Positions 18,836 through 29,497 of a stretch of DNA of 58,885 nt are shown piece after piece. Position 1 is the first letter of the stretch. Each line of letters starts with the position of its first letter. The position numbers were made by a program, and so were the translations under genes. This DNA is from an uncultured Burkholderiales bacterium (GTDB lineage Bacteria; Pseudomonadota; Gammaproteobacteria; Burkholderiales; Burkholderiaceae_C): NCBI GenBank assembly GCA_903865035.1, contig CAIPII010000131.1, positions 1 through 58,885 of the forward strand. Direction: 5' to 3'. A model generated the notes under the pieces. The model was not told the origin of the DNA and made no database searches. It saw nothing but the letters and a program-made list of their open reading frames with translations.

Positions 18836-20500
18836 ATGAGCATTGTTGAAGTAAAAGTGCCAGACATTGGGGACTTTGAGTCCGTTTCTGTCATCGAGTT
18901 GATGGTCAAAGTGGGCGACACCATCAAAGTGGATCAATCCTTGATCACCGTAGAGTCCGATAAGGCCTCCATGGAAATCCCAAGCTCCCATGCAGGTGTG
19001 ATCAAAGAGCTCAAAGTCAAGTTGGGCGACAAAGTCAAAGAAGGTGTCGTCTTGGCAATGGTTGAGTCAGCACAAGCGAGTGCTTCGACCCCAGCGGCTG
19101 CACCAGCAGCTCCCCATGCCTCTGCACCTGCTCCAGATGCCGCTACAACTGCACCAGCCGCGCCAAGTCCTGCAGCAGTGGCCTCGTCAATCGAATTGTT
19201 TGTCCCTGACATTGGCGACTTCAAAGACGTGGCCGTGATCGAGGTCATGGTCAAGGTTGGCGACACCGTGAAGGCTGAGCAGTCACTGATCACTGTGGAA
19301 TCTGATAAAGCTTCCATGGAGATCCCAAGCTCTCATGCGGGGGTGATTGAGTCTTTGAAGGTGAAGGTGGGAGACAAGGTCAACCAAGGCGATTTGTTGG
19401 GGATGATCAAAGGTTTGGCGCAAGCAGCTCCTGCAACCTCTCAAGCCTTTGCTGCCCCAGCAGTTCCAAGCTCAACAGTCCAAGCTGCACCTCAAGTCAG
19501 TTCAGCAAATGCCCTAGCCCCAAGCTCGAGCGCAAGTGCTCACCAACCCACACAGAGCGCATCTACTTTGGCAAAAGTGCCTCATGCCTCGCCCTCCATT
19601 CGCAAGCTGGCAAGAGAGTTCGGTATTCCACTGGAACGTGTCACGGGTACGGGCCCCAAGGGCCGCATTGGTGTTGAGGATCTCCACGCTTATTCCAAGT
19701 CTGTGATGTCCGCTCAATCCAATGCTTCAAGTGCCTCTTCCACGCAAGGAGGCGACTCGGGTGCCGCGCTTGGACTGCTGCCTTGGCCCAAAGTCGACTT
19801 CGCCAAATTTGGTGAAGTTGAGAGAAAGGCACTGGGTCGAATCAAGAAAATCAGTGGCGCCAATTTGCATCGCAACTGGGTGATGATCCCTCATGTGACC
19901 AACCACGATGATGCTGACATCACCGAGCTAGAAGCCTTCAGGGTGCAAACCAATAAGGAAAATGAAAAAGCGGGTGTCAAAGTGACCATGCTTGCGTTTT
20001 TGATCAAGGCTTGTGTGAGCGCTTTGCAAAAATTCCCCGAATTCAATTCTTCCCTAGATGGAGAAGAGTTGGTCTACAAAAAGTACTTCCACATCGGATT
20101 TGCTGCAGACACGCCAAACGGCCTCATGGTCCCTGTCATCAAAGACGCCGATCAAAAAGGAGTCTTGCAAATTTCCAAAGAAATGGGTGAGTTGGCGAAA
20201 AAGGCTCGTGAGGGCAAGTTGAGCCCTGCAGAGATGAGCGGCGCATGTTTCACCATCTCTTCCTTGGGTGGCATTGGTGGGCGCTATTTCACGCCCATCA
20301 TCAACGCGCCTGAAGTGGCGATTTTGGGCGTTTGCAAGAGTCAGACCGAACCCGTTTGGGATGGCAAACAGTTTGTGCCTCGCTTGATGTTGCCGCTCTC
20401 TCTGAGTTGGGACCACAGGGTGATTGATGGCGCAATGGCTGCGCGTTTCAATGCGCATTTGGCAGCCATTTTGGCCGATTTCCGCCGTGTGTTGCTTTAA
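18836..20500 (+). CDS. aceF: Pyruvate dehydrogenase E2 acetyltransferase, two lipoyl domains
   Basis: Two VESDKASME lipoyl motifs, [12 protein letters not shown] binding domain, catalytic DHRVIDG. Confidence 0.98.
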   Translation: MSIVEVKVPDIGDFESVSVIELMVKVGDTIKVDQSLITVESDKASMEIPSSHAGVIKELKVKLGDKVKEGVVLAMVESAQASASTPAAAPAAPHASAPAPDAATTAPAAPSPAAVASSIELFVPDIGDFKDVAVIEVMVKVGDTVKAEQSLITVESDKASMEIPSSHAGVIESLKVKVGDKVNQGDLLGMIKGLAQAAPATSQAFAAPAVPSSTVQAAPQVSSANALAPSSSASAHQPTQSASTLAKVPHASPSIRKLAREFGIPLERVTGTGPKGRIGVEDLHAYSKSVMSAQSNASSASSTQGGDSGAALGLLPWPKVDFAKFGEVERKALGRIKKISGANLHRNWVMIPHVTNHDDADITELEAFRVQTNKENEKAGVKVTMLAFLIKACVSALQKFPEFNSSLDGEELVYKKYFHIGFAADTPNGLMVPVIKDADQKGVLQISKEMGELAKKAREGKLSPAEMSGACFTISSLGGIGGRYFTPIINAPEVAILGVCKSQTEPVWDGKQFVPRLMLPLSLSWDHRVIDGAMAARFNAHLAAILADFRRVLL

Positions 20501-20517
20501 TAAATAGGGGATTCACC

Positions 20518-22326
20518 ATGGCGATTGTTCAAGTCAAAGTACCCGATATCGGAGACTTCAAGGAAGTCTCTGTGATTGAAGTGTTGGTCAAAGTTGGAGA
20601 CCATGTGAAGGTGGAGCAAAGCCTGATCACGGTTGAATCCGACAAAGCCTCTATGGAGATTCCTTGCTCACACGCAGGTGTGGTCAAAGAGATTCAAATC
20701 AAGTTGGGTGATAAAGTCTCCGAAGGCACTGTTCTCTTGAGTCTTGAGAGCGAGAGCGCAAGCGCTGCCTCTCCAGCACCCTCTGTTGCTTCAGCACCCG
20801 CTCCAAGTGCCCCAGCCCCTGTTGCTGCAGCCAAGGTCACGAGCGCACCGATCTCCGATGCCGATTGCGATGTGTTGGTTTTGGGCTCCGGTCCTGGCGG
20901 ATATTCAGCCGCATTCAGGGCCGCTGACTTAGGGCTGAAAGTGATTTTGGTCGAACGTTACGCTGACTTGGGTGGCGTGTGTTTGAACGTGGGCTGCATC
21001 CCCTCCAAGGCTTTGCTGCACGTGGCTGCTGTCATGGATGAGGTCGCTCACCTGGGAGACATGGGCGTTGAGTTTTCAAAACCCAAGGTGAACTTGGACA
21101 AGTTGCGTGATCACAAAAACAAAGTGGTTGGCAAACTCACCAAAGGCATCGCAGCAATGGCCAAGATGCGCCAGGTTCAAACGGTTCGCGGATATGGCAC
21201 CTTTGTCGATGCCCATCACATGCGCGTTCAAGAAACTCAAGGGGAGGGCCAAGCTCAAACCGGCAGTGAGCGCGTGATTTCCTTTAAGAGTTGCATCATT
21301 GCAGCCGGATCTCAAGCGGTGCGTTTGCCATTCATGCCAGAAGATCCCAGAGTCATTGATAGCACAGGGGCCTTGGGCTTGAAGGAAGTGCCTAAACGCA
21401 TGCTGATTTTGGGTGGCGGCATCATTGGTCTGGAGATGGCCACCGTTTACAGCACGCTTGGCGCACGCTTGGATGTGGTCGAGATGATGGACGGCCTCAT
21501 GCAAGGTGCCGACAAGGATTTGGTCAAGGTTTGGCAAAAAATGAATGCACACCGCTTTGACAACATCATGCTCAAGACCAAGACGGTTGCTGCCAAAGCC
21601 ACACCCAAAGGCATCGAGGTCACCTTTGAGAGCGAAGGCAAGACGCATACCGATACCTATGACTTGGTGCTACAAGCCGTTGGCAGAAGTCCAAATGGTC
21701 GCAAAATTGCCGCTGAAAAAGCAGGCGTTGAAGTGACCGATCGGGGCTTTATCAATGTGGACACACAAATGCGCACCAACGTGAGCAATATTTTTGCGAT
21801 TGGTGACTTGGTTGGACAACCGATGTTGGCGCACAAAGCGGTGCATGAAGCGCACGTCGCTGCTGAGGTGATCGCTGGTGAGTTATTGGGCCAGTCCGAT
21901 TTGGCTGCAAGCCAATTCAATGCTCGAGTCATCCCAAGCGTTGCCTACACCGACCCTGAGGTGGCATGGGTAGGTCTCACCGAAGATCAGGCCAAGGCCG
22001 AAGGCATTCCCATCAAGGTGGGTCTCTTTCCTTGGGCAGCCTCAGGACGAGCAAACGCCAATGGTCGCGACGAGGGCTTTACGAAGTTGCTCTTTGACAA
22101 TTCTCCTGAGGCTCATGGCCATGGACGCATCTTGGGGGGCGGCATCGTGGGCACCCACGCTGGGGACATGATCGGAGAGATTGTGCTTGCCATTGAGATG
22201 GGCGCAGATGCCGTGGACATTGGTAAAACCATTCACGCTCACCCAACCCTTGGCGAGAGCATTGGCATGGCTGCCGAGGTGGCCCATGGCAGCTGTACGG
22301 ATTTGCCGCCAGCCAGAAAGAAATAA
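20518..22326 (+). CDS. lpdA: Dihydrolipoamide dehydrogenase (PDH E3) with N-terminal lipoyl domain
   Basis: VESDKASME lipoyl domain, [19 protein letters not shown] and HAHPT. Confidence 0.97.
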   Translation: MAIVQVKVPDIGDFKEVSVIEVLVKVGDHVKVEQSLITVESDKASMEIPCSHAGVVKEIQIKLGDKVSEGTVLLSLESESASAASPAPSVASAPAPSAPAPVAAAKVTSAPISDADCDVLVLGSGPGGYSAAFRAADLGLKVILVERYADLGGVCLNVGCIPSKALLHVAAVMDEVAHLGDMGVEFSKPKVNLDKLRDHKNKVVGKLTKGIAAMAKMRQVQTVRGYGTFVDAHHMRVQETQGEGQAQTGSERVISFKSCIIAAGSQAVRLPFMPEDPRVIDSTGALGLKEVPKRMLILGGGIIGLEMATVYSTLGARLDVVEMMDGLMQGADKDLVKVWQKMNAHRFDNIMLKTKTVAAKATPKGIEVTFESEGKTHTDTYDLVLQAVGRSPNGRKIAAEKAGVEVTDRGFINVDTQMRTNVSNIFAIGDLVGQPMLAHKAVHEAHVAAEVIAGELLGQSDLAASQFNARVIPSVAYTDPEVAWVGLTEDQAKAEGIPIKVGLFPWAASGRANANGRDEGFTKLLFDNSPEAHGHGRILGGGIVGTHAGDMIGEIVLAIEMGADAVDIGKTIHAHPTLGESIGMAAEVAHGSCTDLPPARKK

Positions 22327-22419
22327 GCACTTGATGTCCAAGTGCAATGCGCTTGGTGTTTACGAGTCACCTCACACCCCCACTTTGTGCAACCCGCACA
22401 ATGCTGGGGGTGAAGTTTT

Positions 22420-23211
22420 TCAAGGCCTTGAATAACTGAGTGGCGCCTGAGGAGCGTTGCTCGCAGAGGGTCCTGAGCTTGAGTTTGAGCTTGCAGGAAA
22501 ACTGGGCAAGCTGTTGGGGTTGGAGGCTTGTGTAGAGGCACCTGGTAGCGAAGTCAAAGCAGAGTTGTTGTTGACTTGAGGGACATTGCTTAAGTTGGTT
22601 TTGGCTTCTTCCTTTTGTCGTTTGAGCAGCTCTGAGAGGCCTGGCAAGCTTGAGATCGAGGACAGTGCATCCAAGGGCGATTTACCCAATTGCGTCACTC
22701 GCCTTGCGCCATTGAATCGCCTGGCCCAATAGGCCTGTCTCATGTCTTCAATGCGAATGCTCTCGCCTGTCTTGGGCGAGTGAATGAATTTGCCGTCTCC
22801 AACGTATATGCCGACATGACTGAATGCAGATCGCATGGTGTTGTAAAAGACCAAGTCACCTGGTTTGAGTTCTTCAACGCTCACGTTTTGCGTCACCTGA
22901 GCTTGGTCGCGTGCGCGGTGCGGTAAAAGAATACCAATGGATTGCTCAAACATGGCTCGCACAAAGCCGCTGCAATCGAACCCCGTTGTGGAGTTTGTCC
23001 CTCCCCTGTGATAGGGGACTCCCAAAAAGCCCATGGCATTGATCACCAATGCGTTGGCTTGATCGCTCACAGATTGGCGAAGTTGAATGACCCTTTGCGT
23101 GAGGCCTTCTTCACTCAAAAAGCGCTCAACATCTTCGTCTGGGCGGTTGGCTGGAGCAGCCCAAACGCCTAGGCAAAAAAAGACGGTCAACAAGAACAAG
23201 ATCGAACGCAT
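22420..23211 (-). CDS. NlpC/P60 (C40) peptidoglycan endopeptidase with Ser/Pro-rich tail
   Basis: Signal peptide MRSILFLLTVFFCLGVWA; GFDCSG, PGDLVF and SHVGIY...FIHS. True start at 23211 or 23220, not 23448. Confidence 0.9.
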   Translation of the reverse strand: MRSILFLLTVFFCLGVWAAPANRPDEDVERFLSEEGLTQRVIQLRQSVSDQANALVINAMGFLGVPYHRGGTNSTTGFDCSGFVRAMFEQSIGILLPHRARDQAQVTQNVSVEELKPGDLVFYNTMRSAFSHVGIYVGDGKFIHSPKTGESIRIEDMRQAYWARRFNGARRVTQLGKSPLDALSSISSLPGLSELLKRQKEEAKTNLSNVPQVNNNSALTSLPGASTQASNPNSLPSFPASSNSSSGPSASNAPQAPLSYSRP

Positions 23212-23344
23212 GGGTGGCATTCTAAGTGCTCTTGGACACTTCTCAGCTGCACAGCTCAGAGATGGAAAAAACACATACACTGTGGGTTGGCCCGCGCTGG
23301 ACAGTGTGGTGCTGTTAACGTTGAACAGCTTTGGGGAGTAGCTT

Positions 23345-24325
23345 ATGTTCAAAGCCTTGGTTCTTAAAAAAGAGCCTGAATTTTGGGTGGGTCTAGAGAG
23401 TTTGCAAAGCGTTGAGCTCCAAGCTGGGCAGGTGCGCTTGGGCGTCAAGTATTCCAGTTTGAATTACAAGGATGCGTTGGCCATCACCAATACTGCCCCC
23501 GTGGTGCGCAGTTGGCCCATGGTGGCTGGTATCGATGGTGTAGGTGTCGTCATGGAGTCCAAGGATCCTGATTGGGCCGTTGGTGAATGGGCCATTCACA
23601 ACGGTTGGGGCATGGGTGAGACCAGTTTTGGGCTGATGGCTCAGCAAGCGGTCGTGCCAGGTCGTGGCTTGGTGCGTTTGCCCCAGTCATTGACTGCGCT
23701 TGAATCCATGGCCATTGGAACCGCGGGCTACACCGCAATGCTTTGTGTCATGGCGCTTGAGCGCCATGGTGTTGTGCCCAGTAGCGGCGAGGTCTTGGTC
23801 ACCGGTGCCAGTGGCGGTGTGGGCTCCATGTCCGTGGCCTTGTTGTCTTCGCTGGGTTATTCGGTTGTGGCCTCGAGTGGAAAGTCCGAGGAGCATGGCT
23901 TTTTGAGAGATTTAGGTGCCAAAGAGGTGATCGACAGGGCTTTGTTGTCCGAGGCTGGCAAGCCCCTTCAAAAGGAGAGATTCGCTGGGGTGATTGACAG
24001 CGTGGGCTCAAACACCTTGGCCAATGCTTTGGCACAAACGAAATACGCTGGTGTGGTGGCCGCCTGCGGTTTGGCTCAGGGAGCCGATTTGCCAACCACG
24101 GTGATGCCTTTTATCTTGCGCTCGGTGAGCTTGGTGGGCATTGACTCTGTCATGGCGCCCATCGCGCTCAGGCAAGAGGCTTGGACAAGGTTGGCCAAGG
24201 ATTTGGATTTGGCCAAACTCAAGCGCATCACGCAGGTCGTTTCACTGCAAGGCGCGGTTCAAAAGGCGCAAGCGCTCAGGCAAGGTTTGCTTAAAGGTCG
24301 ATGGGTTGTGGAGGTGTCAGAATGA
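23345..24325 (+). CDS. acuI: YhdH/AcuI-family MDR oxidoreductase (acryloyl-CoA reductase-like)
   Basis: YSSLNYKDALA, AIGTAGYTAMLC, VTGASGGVGS and PFILRSVSLVGIDSV. Confidence 0.88.
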   Translation: MFKALVLKKEPEFWVGLESLQSVELQAGQVRLGVKYSSLNYKDALAITNTAPVVRSWPMVAGIDGVGVVMESKDPDWAVGEWAIHNGWGMGETSFGLMAQQAVVPGRGLVRLPQSLTALESMAIGTAGYTAMLCVMALERHGVVPSSGEVLVTGASGGVGSMSVALLSSLGYSVVASSGKSEEHGFLRDLGAKEVIDRALLSEAGKPLQKERFAGVIDSVGSNTLANALAQTKYAGVVAACGLAQGADLPTTVMPFILRSVSLVGIDSVMAPIALRQEAWTRLAKDLDLAKLKRITQVVSLQGAVQKAQALRQGLLKGRWVVEVSE

Positions 24326-24924
24326 AAATGATTGCAGAAGATTCTCAGTTGGTTTTGATTGATTTTCAAGAAAAACTCATGCCAGCCATTGAGCACGCAG
24401 AGGGTGTTTTGGAAAAAGCCCATGTGCTGGCCCAAGCGGCTCGCGCTTTGATGGTCCCCATTTGGGCCACTGAGCAAAATCCCTCCAAGTTGGGCGCCAA
24501 CCCTTTGAGTTGGCGCAGTTGGTGCCAGCAAACCTTGCCCAAAATGCATTTCTCCGCCTGCGATGAGGGACTCATTGAGTGTTTGCGTCCCAAACCCCAA
24601 GCCCCGGCTGGAAACGCCAGAAGTTTGCCCAAGCATTTGCAAAAACCTCAGTCTAATCAACCCACGCGCCCACAAATCGTGATCGCTGGTTGTGAAGCTC
24701 ACATTTGTTTGCTGCAAACGGCCTTGGACTTGGTGGATGAGGAGTTTGAGGTTTTTGCGGTGATCGATGCTTGTGGCTCTAGGGCCCAAAGCAGCAAAGA
24801 TGCAGCTTTGGACCGTTTGGCCAGTGCTGGGGTTGAATTGGTGACCACAGAGATGGTGCTCTTTGAGTGGCTTGAGACGGCTGAACATGAGCACTTCAAA
24901 TCGATCCAACAACTCATTGTGTAG
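24322..24924 (+). CDS. Isochorismatase-family cysteine hydrolase
   Basis: LIDFQEKL, TEQNP, K-x-HFSA, GCEAHICLLQT and DACGSR. ATGA overlap with the acuI stop. Confidence 0.9.
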   Translation: MKMIAEDSQLVLIDFQEKLMPAIEHAEGVLEKAHVLAQAARALMVPIWATEQNPSKLGANPLSWRSWCQQTLPKMHFSACDEGLIECLRPKPQAPAGNARSLPKHLQKPQSNQPTRPQIVIAGCEAHICLLQTALDLVDEEFEVFAVIDACGSRAQSSKDAALDRLASAGVELVTTEMVLFEWLETAEHEHFKSIQQLIV

Positions 24925-25092
24925 GTCGAAATGGAGCCTTTAGGGTTACAAAAAGCCTTCATCTTTTGAGGAAGTTGATCACAATTTGATGGTTTAGGGA
25001 CCCTCTTGATTGAAAAAATAGATGGCAAGTTCGTCTCAAACAGTCTTTTGGTGGCACAATAGCTAAACACTTAGGCCCTTCCAGCCACAGTG

Positions 25093-25178
25093 CATCCGCT
25101 AAACGGTCCAGCCGTGTCGCGGGAGGTTTTTTTTAACCAACTAATGTTTCCTAAAGGGAATCGGAGGTCAGCGCAATG
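25093..25178 (+). ncRNA. sucA RNA motif (cis-regulatory, riboswitch candidate)
   Basis: CATCCGCTAAACGGTCCAGCCGTGTCGCGGGAGGTTTTTTTTAACC...TTCCTAAAGGGAA...GGAGG directly 5' of sucA. Stems CCGC/GCGG, ACGG/CCGT, GGTT/AACC and TTCC/GGAA match the Burkholderiales sucA motif as I recall it. Confidence 0.85.
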
Positions 25179-28043
25179 AGCGATAACGCGTCTCAATACC
25201 ATGCTTACGCAGGTAACACATATCTCTTCGGGGGCAACGCTCCCTATGTTGAAGAGCTTTACGAAAATTATTTAGCCAACCCAGGTTCTGTGCCTGAGAC
25301 ATGGCGCTTGTATTTCGATGCATTGCAGCATGTGCCTGCAGTTGACGGTTCGAGTGCTCGCGATGTGGCTCACCAACCGGTGATCAACGCCTTTGCTGAG
25401 CGCGCCAAACAAGGTGGCACCAAAGTCGTGATGGCGTCCCAAGATGCAGAGATGGGCCGCAAGCGCACTGCTGTGCAGCAGCTCATTGCCGCCTACCGCA
25501 ATGTGGGTGTGCGTTGGGCCGATCTAGATCCGTTAAAGCGTGTCGAGCGAGAGGCCATTCCTGAGCTCGATCCTGCCTTTTATGGTTTCAGCGATGCTGA
25601 CCAAGAGGCGGTTTTTGACACGAGCAACATGTTCTTTGGTCGCGACCGCATGAGTTTGAGAGAGTTGCTCAACGCACTCAGAGAAACTTACTGTGGAAGC
25701 ATCGGTGCTGAGTTCAACTACATCACCAATCAAGAGCACAAAAAATGGTGGCAGCAAAAATTGGAGGGCATTCGCTCCAAGCCCAATTTTTCTGCGGACA
25801 AGAAAAAGCGTCTCCTCGAGCGTCTTACAGCAGCCGAAGGCCTTGAGCGCTTCTTACACACCAAGTACGTTGGACAAAAGCGCTTTTCACTCGAAGGTGG
25901 CGAGAGCTTCATCGTCTCCATGGATGAGTTGATTCAGCAAGCGGGTGTCTCGGGTATTCAAGAGATTGTGATTGGCATGGCCCACCGTGGTCGTTTGAAT
26001 GTGTTGGTCAATTCAATGGGTAAATTGCCAGCGGATTTGTTTGCAGAGTTCGATCACACCGCTCCAGAGGATTTGCCCAGTGGAGACGTGAAGTATCACC
26101 AAGGCTTTAGCTCGGACGTGACCACCCCTGGAGGCCCCATTCATTTGAGTTTGGCCTTCAACCCCTCTCATTTGGAAATCGTCAACCCCGTGGTTGAAGG
26201 CTCGGTTCGTGCCAGGATGGACAGACGGGGAGACCCCAAAGGTCGTCAAGTGTTGCCTGTGCTCGTTCACGGTGACGCTGCTTTTGCGGGACAAGGCGTC
26301 GTGATGGAAACGCTCGCCTTGGCCGAGACTCGTGGATATTACACGGGTGGCACGTTGCACATTGTGATCAACAATCAAATCGGATTCACCACCTCTGATC
26401 CCAGGGATTCTAGGTCCACCTTGTACTGTTCAGACGTGGTCAAAATGATCGAGTCGCCAGTGTTGCACGTCAACGGTGATGATCCAGAAGCGGTCGCTTT
26501 GGCCACACAATTGGCCCTTGAGTTCAGAATGACGTTCTCCAAAGATGTGGTGGTGGACATCATTTGCTTTAGAAAGTTGGGTCACAACGAGCAAGACACA
26601 CCGTCCCTCACCCAGCCTTTGATGTACAAAAAAATCGCAGCCCATCCAGGCACCAGAAAACTCTATGCCGATCGCTTGGGCTCTCAAGGCCTGGGAGAAT
26701 CCTTGGGTGACGATATGGTCAAAGCCTATCGAGCTGCTTTGGATGCGGGACGTCATGCCATTGACCCCATTGTGACCAACTTCAAGAGCCAGTTCGTGGT
26801 CGATTGGTCTCCATACTTGGGCAAAAAATGGACCGATGCGGGCGACACGGCCATTCCGCTCTCAGAGTGGAAGCGTTTGTCCGAGAAAATCACCACCATT
26901 CCTTCCTCAGTGACGCCTCATCAATTGGTTCGCAAGGTCTATGATGACCGCGCCGCCATGGGCAGAGGCGATATCCCTGTTGATTGGGGCATGGGTGAGC
27001 ACATGGCCTTGGCCTCTTTGGTGGCCAGTGGATTTCCTGTTCGCTTGTCCGGTGAGGACTGTGGCCGTGGAACATTTACCCACCGCCATGCAGTGATTCA
27101 CGATCAAAGCCGCGAAAAGTGGGACACAGGCACTTATGTGCCTTTGCAAAACGTCTCTGAAAATCAAGCGCCTTTCGTGGTCATTGACTCGATTTTGTCT
27201 GAAGAGGCCGTTTTGGGCTTTGAGTACGGTTACGCCTCCAATGATCCCAATACATTGGTGATTTGGGAAGCGCAGTTTGGCGACTTTGCCAATGGCGCTC
27301 AAGTTGTGATTGATCAGTTCATCGCCTCTGGCGAGGTCAAGTGGGGCCGAGTCAACGGCATCACCTTGATGCTCCCCCATGGATACGAGGGTCAAGGTCC
27401 TGAGCACAGTTCCGCTCGCGTAGAGCGTTTCATGCAATTGGCCGCTGACTCCAACATGCAGATCGTTCAACCCACAACGGCCAGCCAGATCTTTCACATT
27501 CTGCGCCGCCAGATGGTGAGAAATCTCAGAAAGCCTTTGATCATCTTCACGCCCAAATCCCTGCTTCGCAACAAGGAAGCGGCCTCACCTCTGTCCGAGT
27601 TCACCAAAGGTGGATTCCAAACGGTGATTCCAGATTCTGGAGATTTGACGCCATCCAAGGTCAAGCGCATGGTGCTTTGCTCGGGTAAGGTTTACTACGA
27701 TTTGGTCAAAAAGCGCGAAGAAAAAGGTCACGATGACGTTGCCATTGTTCGCATTGAACAACTCTATCCCTTCCCACACAAGGCCTTCTCCACTGAGTTG
27801 AAGAAATATCCAAACGTCACTGAGATTGTTTGGACCCAAGATGAACCCCAAAACCAAGGTGCTTGGTTCTTTGTGCAGCACTACATTCATGAAAACATGA
27901 TTGAAGGCCAGCGCTTGGGTTATTCAGGTCGTGCACCCTCAGCTTCACCCGCTGTAGGCTACTCGCACCTGCACCAAGAACAACAAAAATCTTTGATCGA
28001 AGGCGCATTTGCCAAGCTCAAAGGTTTTTTGCTCACCAAATAA
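25176..28043 (+). CDS. sucA: 2-oxoglutarate dehydrogenase E1
   Basis: KRFSLEGGE, GMAHRGRLN, GDVKYH, HGDAAFAGQG, WEAQFGDF and HGYEGQGPEHSS. Confidence 0.98.
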   Translation: MSDNASQYHAYAGNTYLFGGNAPYVEELYENYLANPGSVPETWRLYFDALQHVPAVDGSSARDVAHQPVINAFAERAKQGGTKVVMASQDAEMGRKRTAVQQLIAAYRNVGVRWADLDPLKRVEREAIPELDPAFYGFSDADQEAVFDTSNMFFGRDRMSLRELLNALRETYCGSIGAEFNYITNQEHKKWWQQKLEGIRSKPNFSADKKKRLLERLTAAEGLERFLHTKYVGQKRFSLEGGESFIVSMDELIQQAGVSGIQEIVIGMAHRGRLNVLVNSMGKLPADLFAEFDHTAPEDLPSGDVKYHQGFSSDVTTPGGPIHLSLAFNPSHLEIVNPVVEGSVRARMDRRGDPKGRQVLPVLVHGDAAFAGQGVVMETLALAETRGYYTGGTLHIVINNQIGFTTSDPRDSRSTLYCSDVVKMIESPVLHVNGDDPEAVALATQLALEFRMTFSKDVVVDIICFRKLGHNEQDTPSLTQPLMYKKIAAHPGTRKLYADRLGSQGLGESLGDDMVKAYRAALDAGRHAIDPIVTNFKSQFVVDWSPYLGKKWTDAGDTAIPLSEWKRLSEKITTIPSSVTPHQLVRKVYDDRAAMGRGDIPVDWGMGEHMALASLVASGFPVRLSGEDCGRGTFTHRHAVIHDQSREKWDTGTYVPLQNVSENQAPFVVIDSILSEEAVLGFEYGYASNDPNTLVIWEAQFGDFANGAQVVIDQFIASGEVKWGRVNGITLMLPHGYEGQGPEHSSARVERFMQLAADSNMQIVQPTTASQIFHILRRQMVRNLRKPLIIFTPKSLLRNKEAASPLSEFTKGGFQTVIPDSGDLTPSKVKRMVLCSGKVYYDLVKKREEKGHDDVAIVRIEQLYPFPHKAFSTELKKYPNVTEIVWTQDEPQNQGAWFFVQHYIHENMIEGQRLGYSGRAPSASPAVGYSHLHQEQQKSLIEGAFAKLKGFLLTK

Positions 28044-28071
28044 TTTAGTCCAGTACATCTGAAAGATCATC

Positions 28072-29340
28072 ATGTCTATTGTTGAAGTTAAAGTCCCCCA
28101 ACTCTCTGAGTCAGTGGCCGAGGCCACCATGTTGCAGTGGAAAAAACAGGTTGGCCAAGCGGTCACAGCCGATGAAATTTTGATTGAAATTGAAACCGAT
28201 AAGGTTGTTTTGGAAGTGCCAGCGCCTTCATCTGGCGTGCTCATCGAGTTGGTGCAAGCCGATGGTGCCACTGTGGCCTCCGATCAGTTGATCGCACGAA
28301 TTGACACGGCTCAAGTGGCCTCTGCAGGCGCTGCTGCTCCTGCAGCAGCACCAGCTGCCGCTCCTGCTGCATCTGCTGCGCCAGTCGCTCAAGCTGCTGC
28401 ACAAGCTGCAAGTTCACAAAAAGGGGCTGGCATTGCGATGCCTGCTGCGCAAAAGATCATTGCCGAGAACAACCTGAATGTGAACGCCATTGCTGGCACA
28501 GGCAAGGATGCACGCGTGACCAAAGCCGATGCATTGCAAGCTGCAGCCTCTGGCTCCGCAGTTGCCGCGCCGTCCATGCCCTCCACAGTGGTTCAAAAAG
28601 CTTTGCCACAGGTGAGTGCTCCAAGCGTTGATTTGGGTGACAGACCCGAGCAACGTGTGCCCATGAGCCGTTTGCGCGCTCGTGTTGCTGAGAGGTTGTT
28701 GCAGTCCCAGTCGACCAATGCCATTTTGACCACGTTCAACGAAGTCAACATGGCTCCAGTGATGGAGATGAGAAAGCGCTTTCAAGAAAAATTCGAAAAA
28801 GAGCATGGCGTCAAAATTGGCTTCATGAGCTTCTTTGTGAAGGCGGCGGTTCATGCGCTCAAGAAATACCCCGTGCTCAACGCCTCTGTCGATGGCAATG
28901 ACATCGTGTACCACGGCTACTTTGACATCGGTATCGCTGTGGGTTCGCCCCGTGGCTTGGTGGTGCCCATTCTCAGAAACGCCGATCAAATGAGCTTTGC
29001 CGATATTGAAAAGAAAATTGCCGAGTTTGGTGCCAAAGCGCGCGACGGCAAGTTGGGCATTGAAGAGATGACCGGTGGAACTTTCTCCATCTCCAATGGT
29101 GGAGTATTTGGCTCCATGCTCTCTACTCCCATCATCAATCCTCCTCAGTCTGCCATCTTGGGGGTTCACGCCACCAAGGACCGTGCGGTGGTGGAAAACG
29201 GCCAAGTTGTCGTGAGACCCATCAACTACTTGGCCATGAGCTACGATCACCGAATCATTGATGGTCGTGAAGCCGTTTTGGGCTTGGTGGCCATGAAAGA
29301 GGCACTTGAGGATCCAGCTCGCTTGCTCTTTGACATTTAA
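28072..29340 (+). CDS. sucB: 2-oxoglutarate dehydrogenase E2 succinyltransferase
   Basis: IETDKVVLE lipoyl motif, LTTFNEV and YDHRIIDG. Confidence 0.98.
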   Translation: MSIVEVKVPQLSESVAEATMLQWKKQVGQAVTADEILIEIETDKVVLEVPAPSSGVLIELVQADGATVASDQLIARIDTAQVASAGAAAPAAAPAAAPAASAAPVAQAAAQAASSQKGAGIAMPAAQKIIAENNLNVNAIAGTGKDARVTKADALQAAASGSAVAAPSMPSTVVQKALPQVSAPSVDLGDRPEQRVPMSRLRARVAERLLQSQSTNAILTTFNEVNMAPVMEMRKRFQEKFEKEHGVKIGFMSFFVKAAVHALKKYPVLNASVDGNDIVYHGYFDIGIAVGSPRGLVVPILRNADQMSFADIEKKIAEFGAKARDGKLGIEEMTGGTFSISNGGVFGSMLSTPIINPPQSAILGVHATKDRAVVENGQVVVRPINYLAMSYDHRIIDGREAVLGLVAMKEALEDPARLLFDI

Positions 29341-29497
29341 GCACCTTGGGCATCCCAATCCCCAGGAGTCCTTGTTTTGCAATGACTTGGACTCCTGGCG
29401 CAACAAAGCCTGCGTGAGTTCATGTTCTGCATGGGATGCAGTGCTTGCATTTTGATTTTTTTATTTCCAAACTTCTTTGAAGGGATTGAGTCCTATC

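Noticed and set aside
18836-20750. Three DNA repeats of about 230 bp
   Set aside because: These are lipoyl-domain coding repeats, not mobile or CRISPR repeats.
22327-22412. Hairpins between convergent lpdA and the NlpC gene as a REP-like family (compared with 7523, 29362, 42375)
   Set aside because: The stems share no consistent sequence beyond a short CTTG/CAAG core; best read as ordinary 3'-end structures.
28414-29406. 330-aa antisense ORF over sucB (likewise 30866-31777, 38144-39007, 41134-41922, 35875-36642, 45833-46534)
   Set aside because: Shadow ORFs exactly opposite well-conserved genes, with no recognisable motifs; explained by codon bias.
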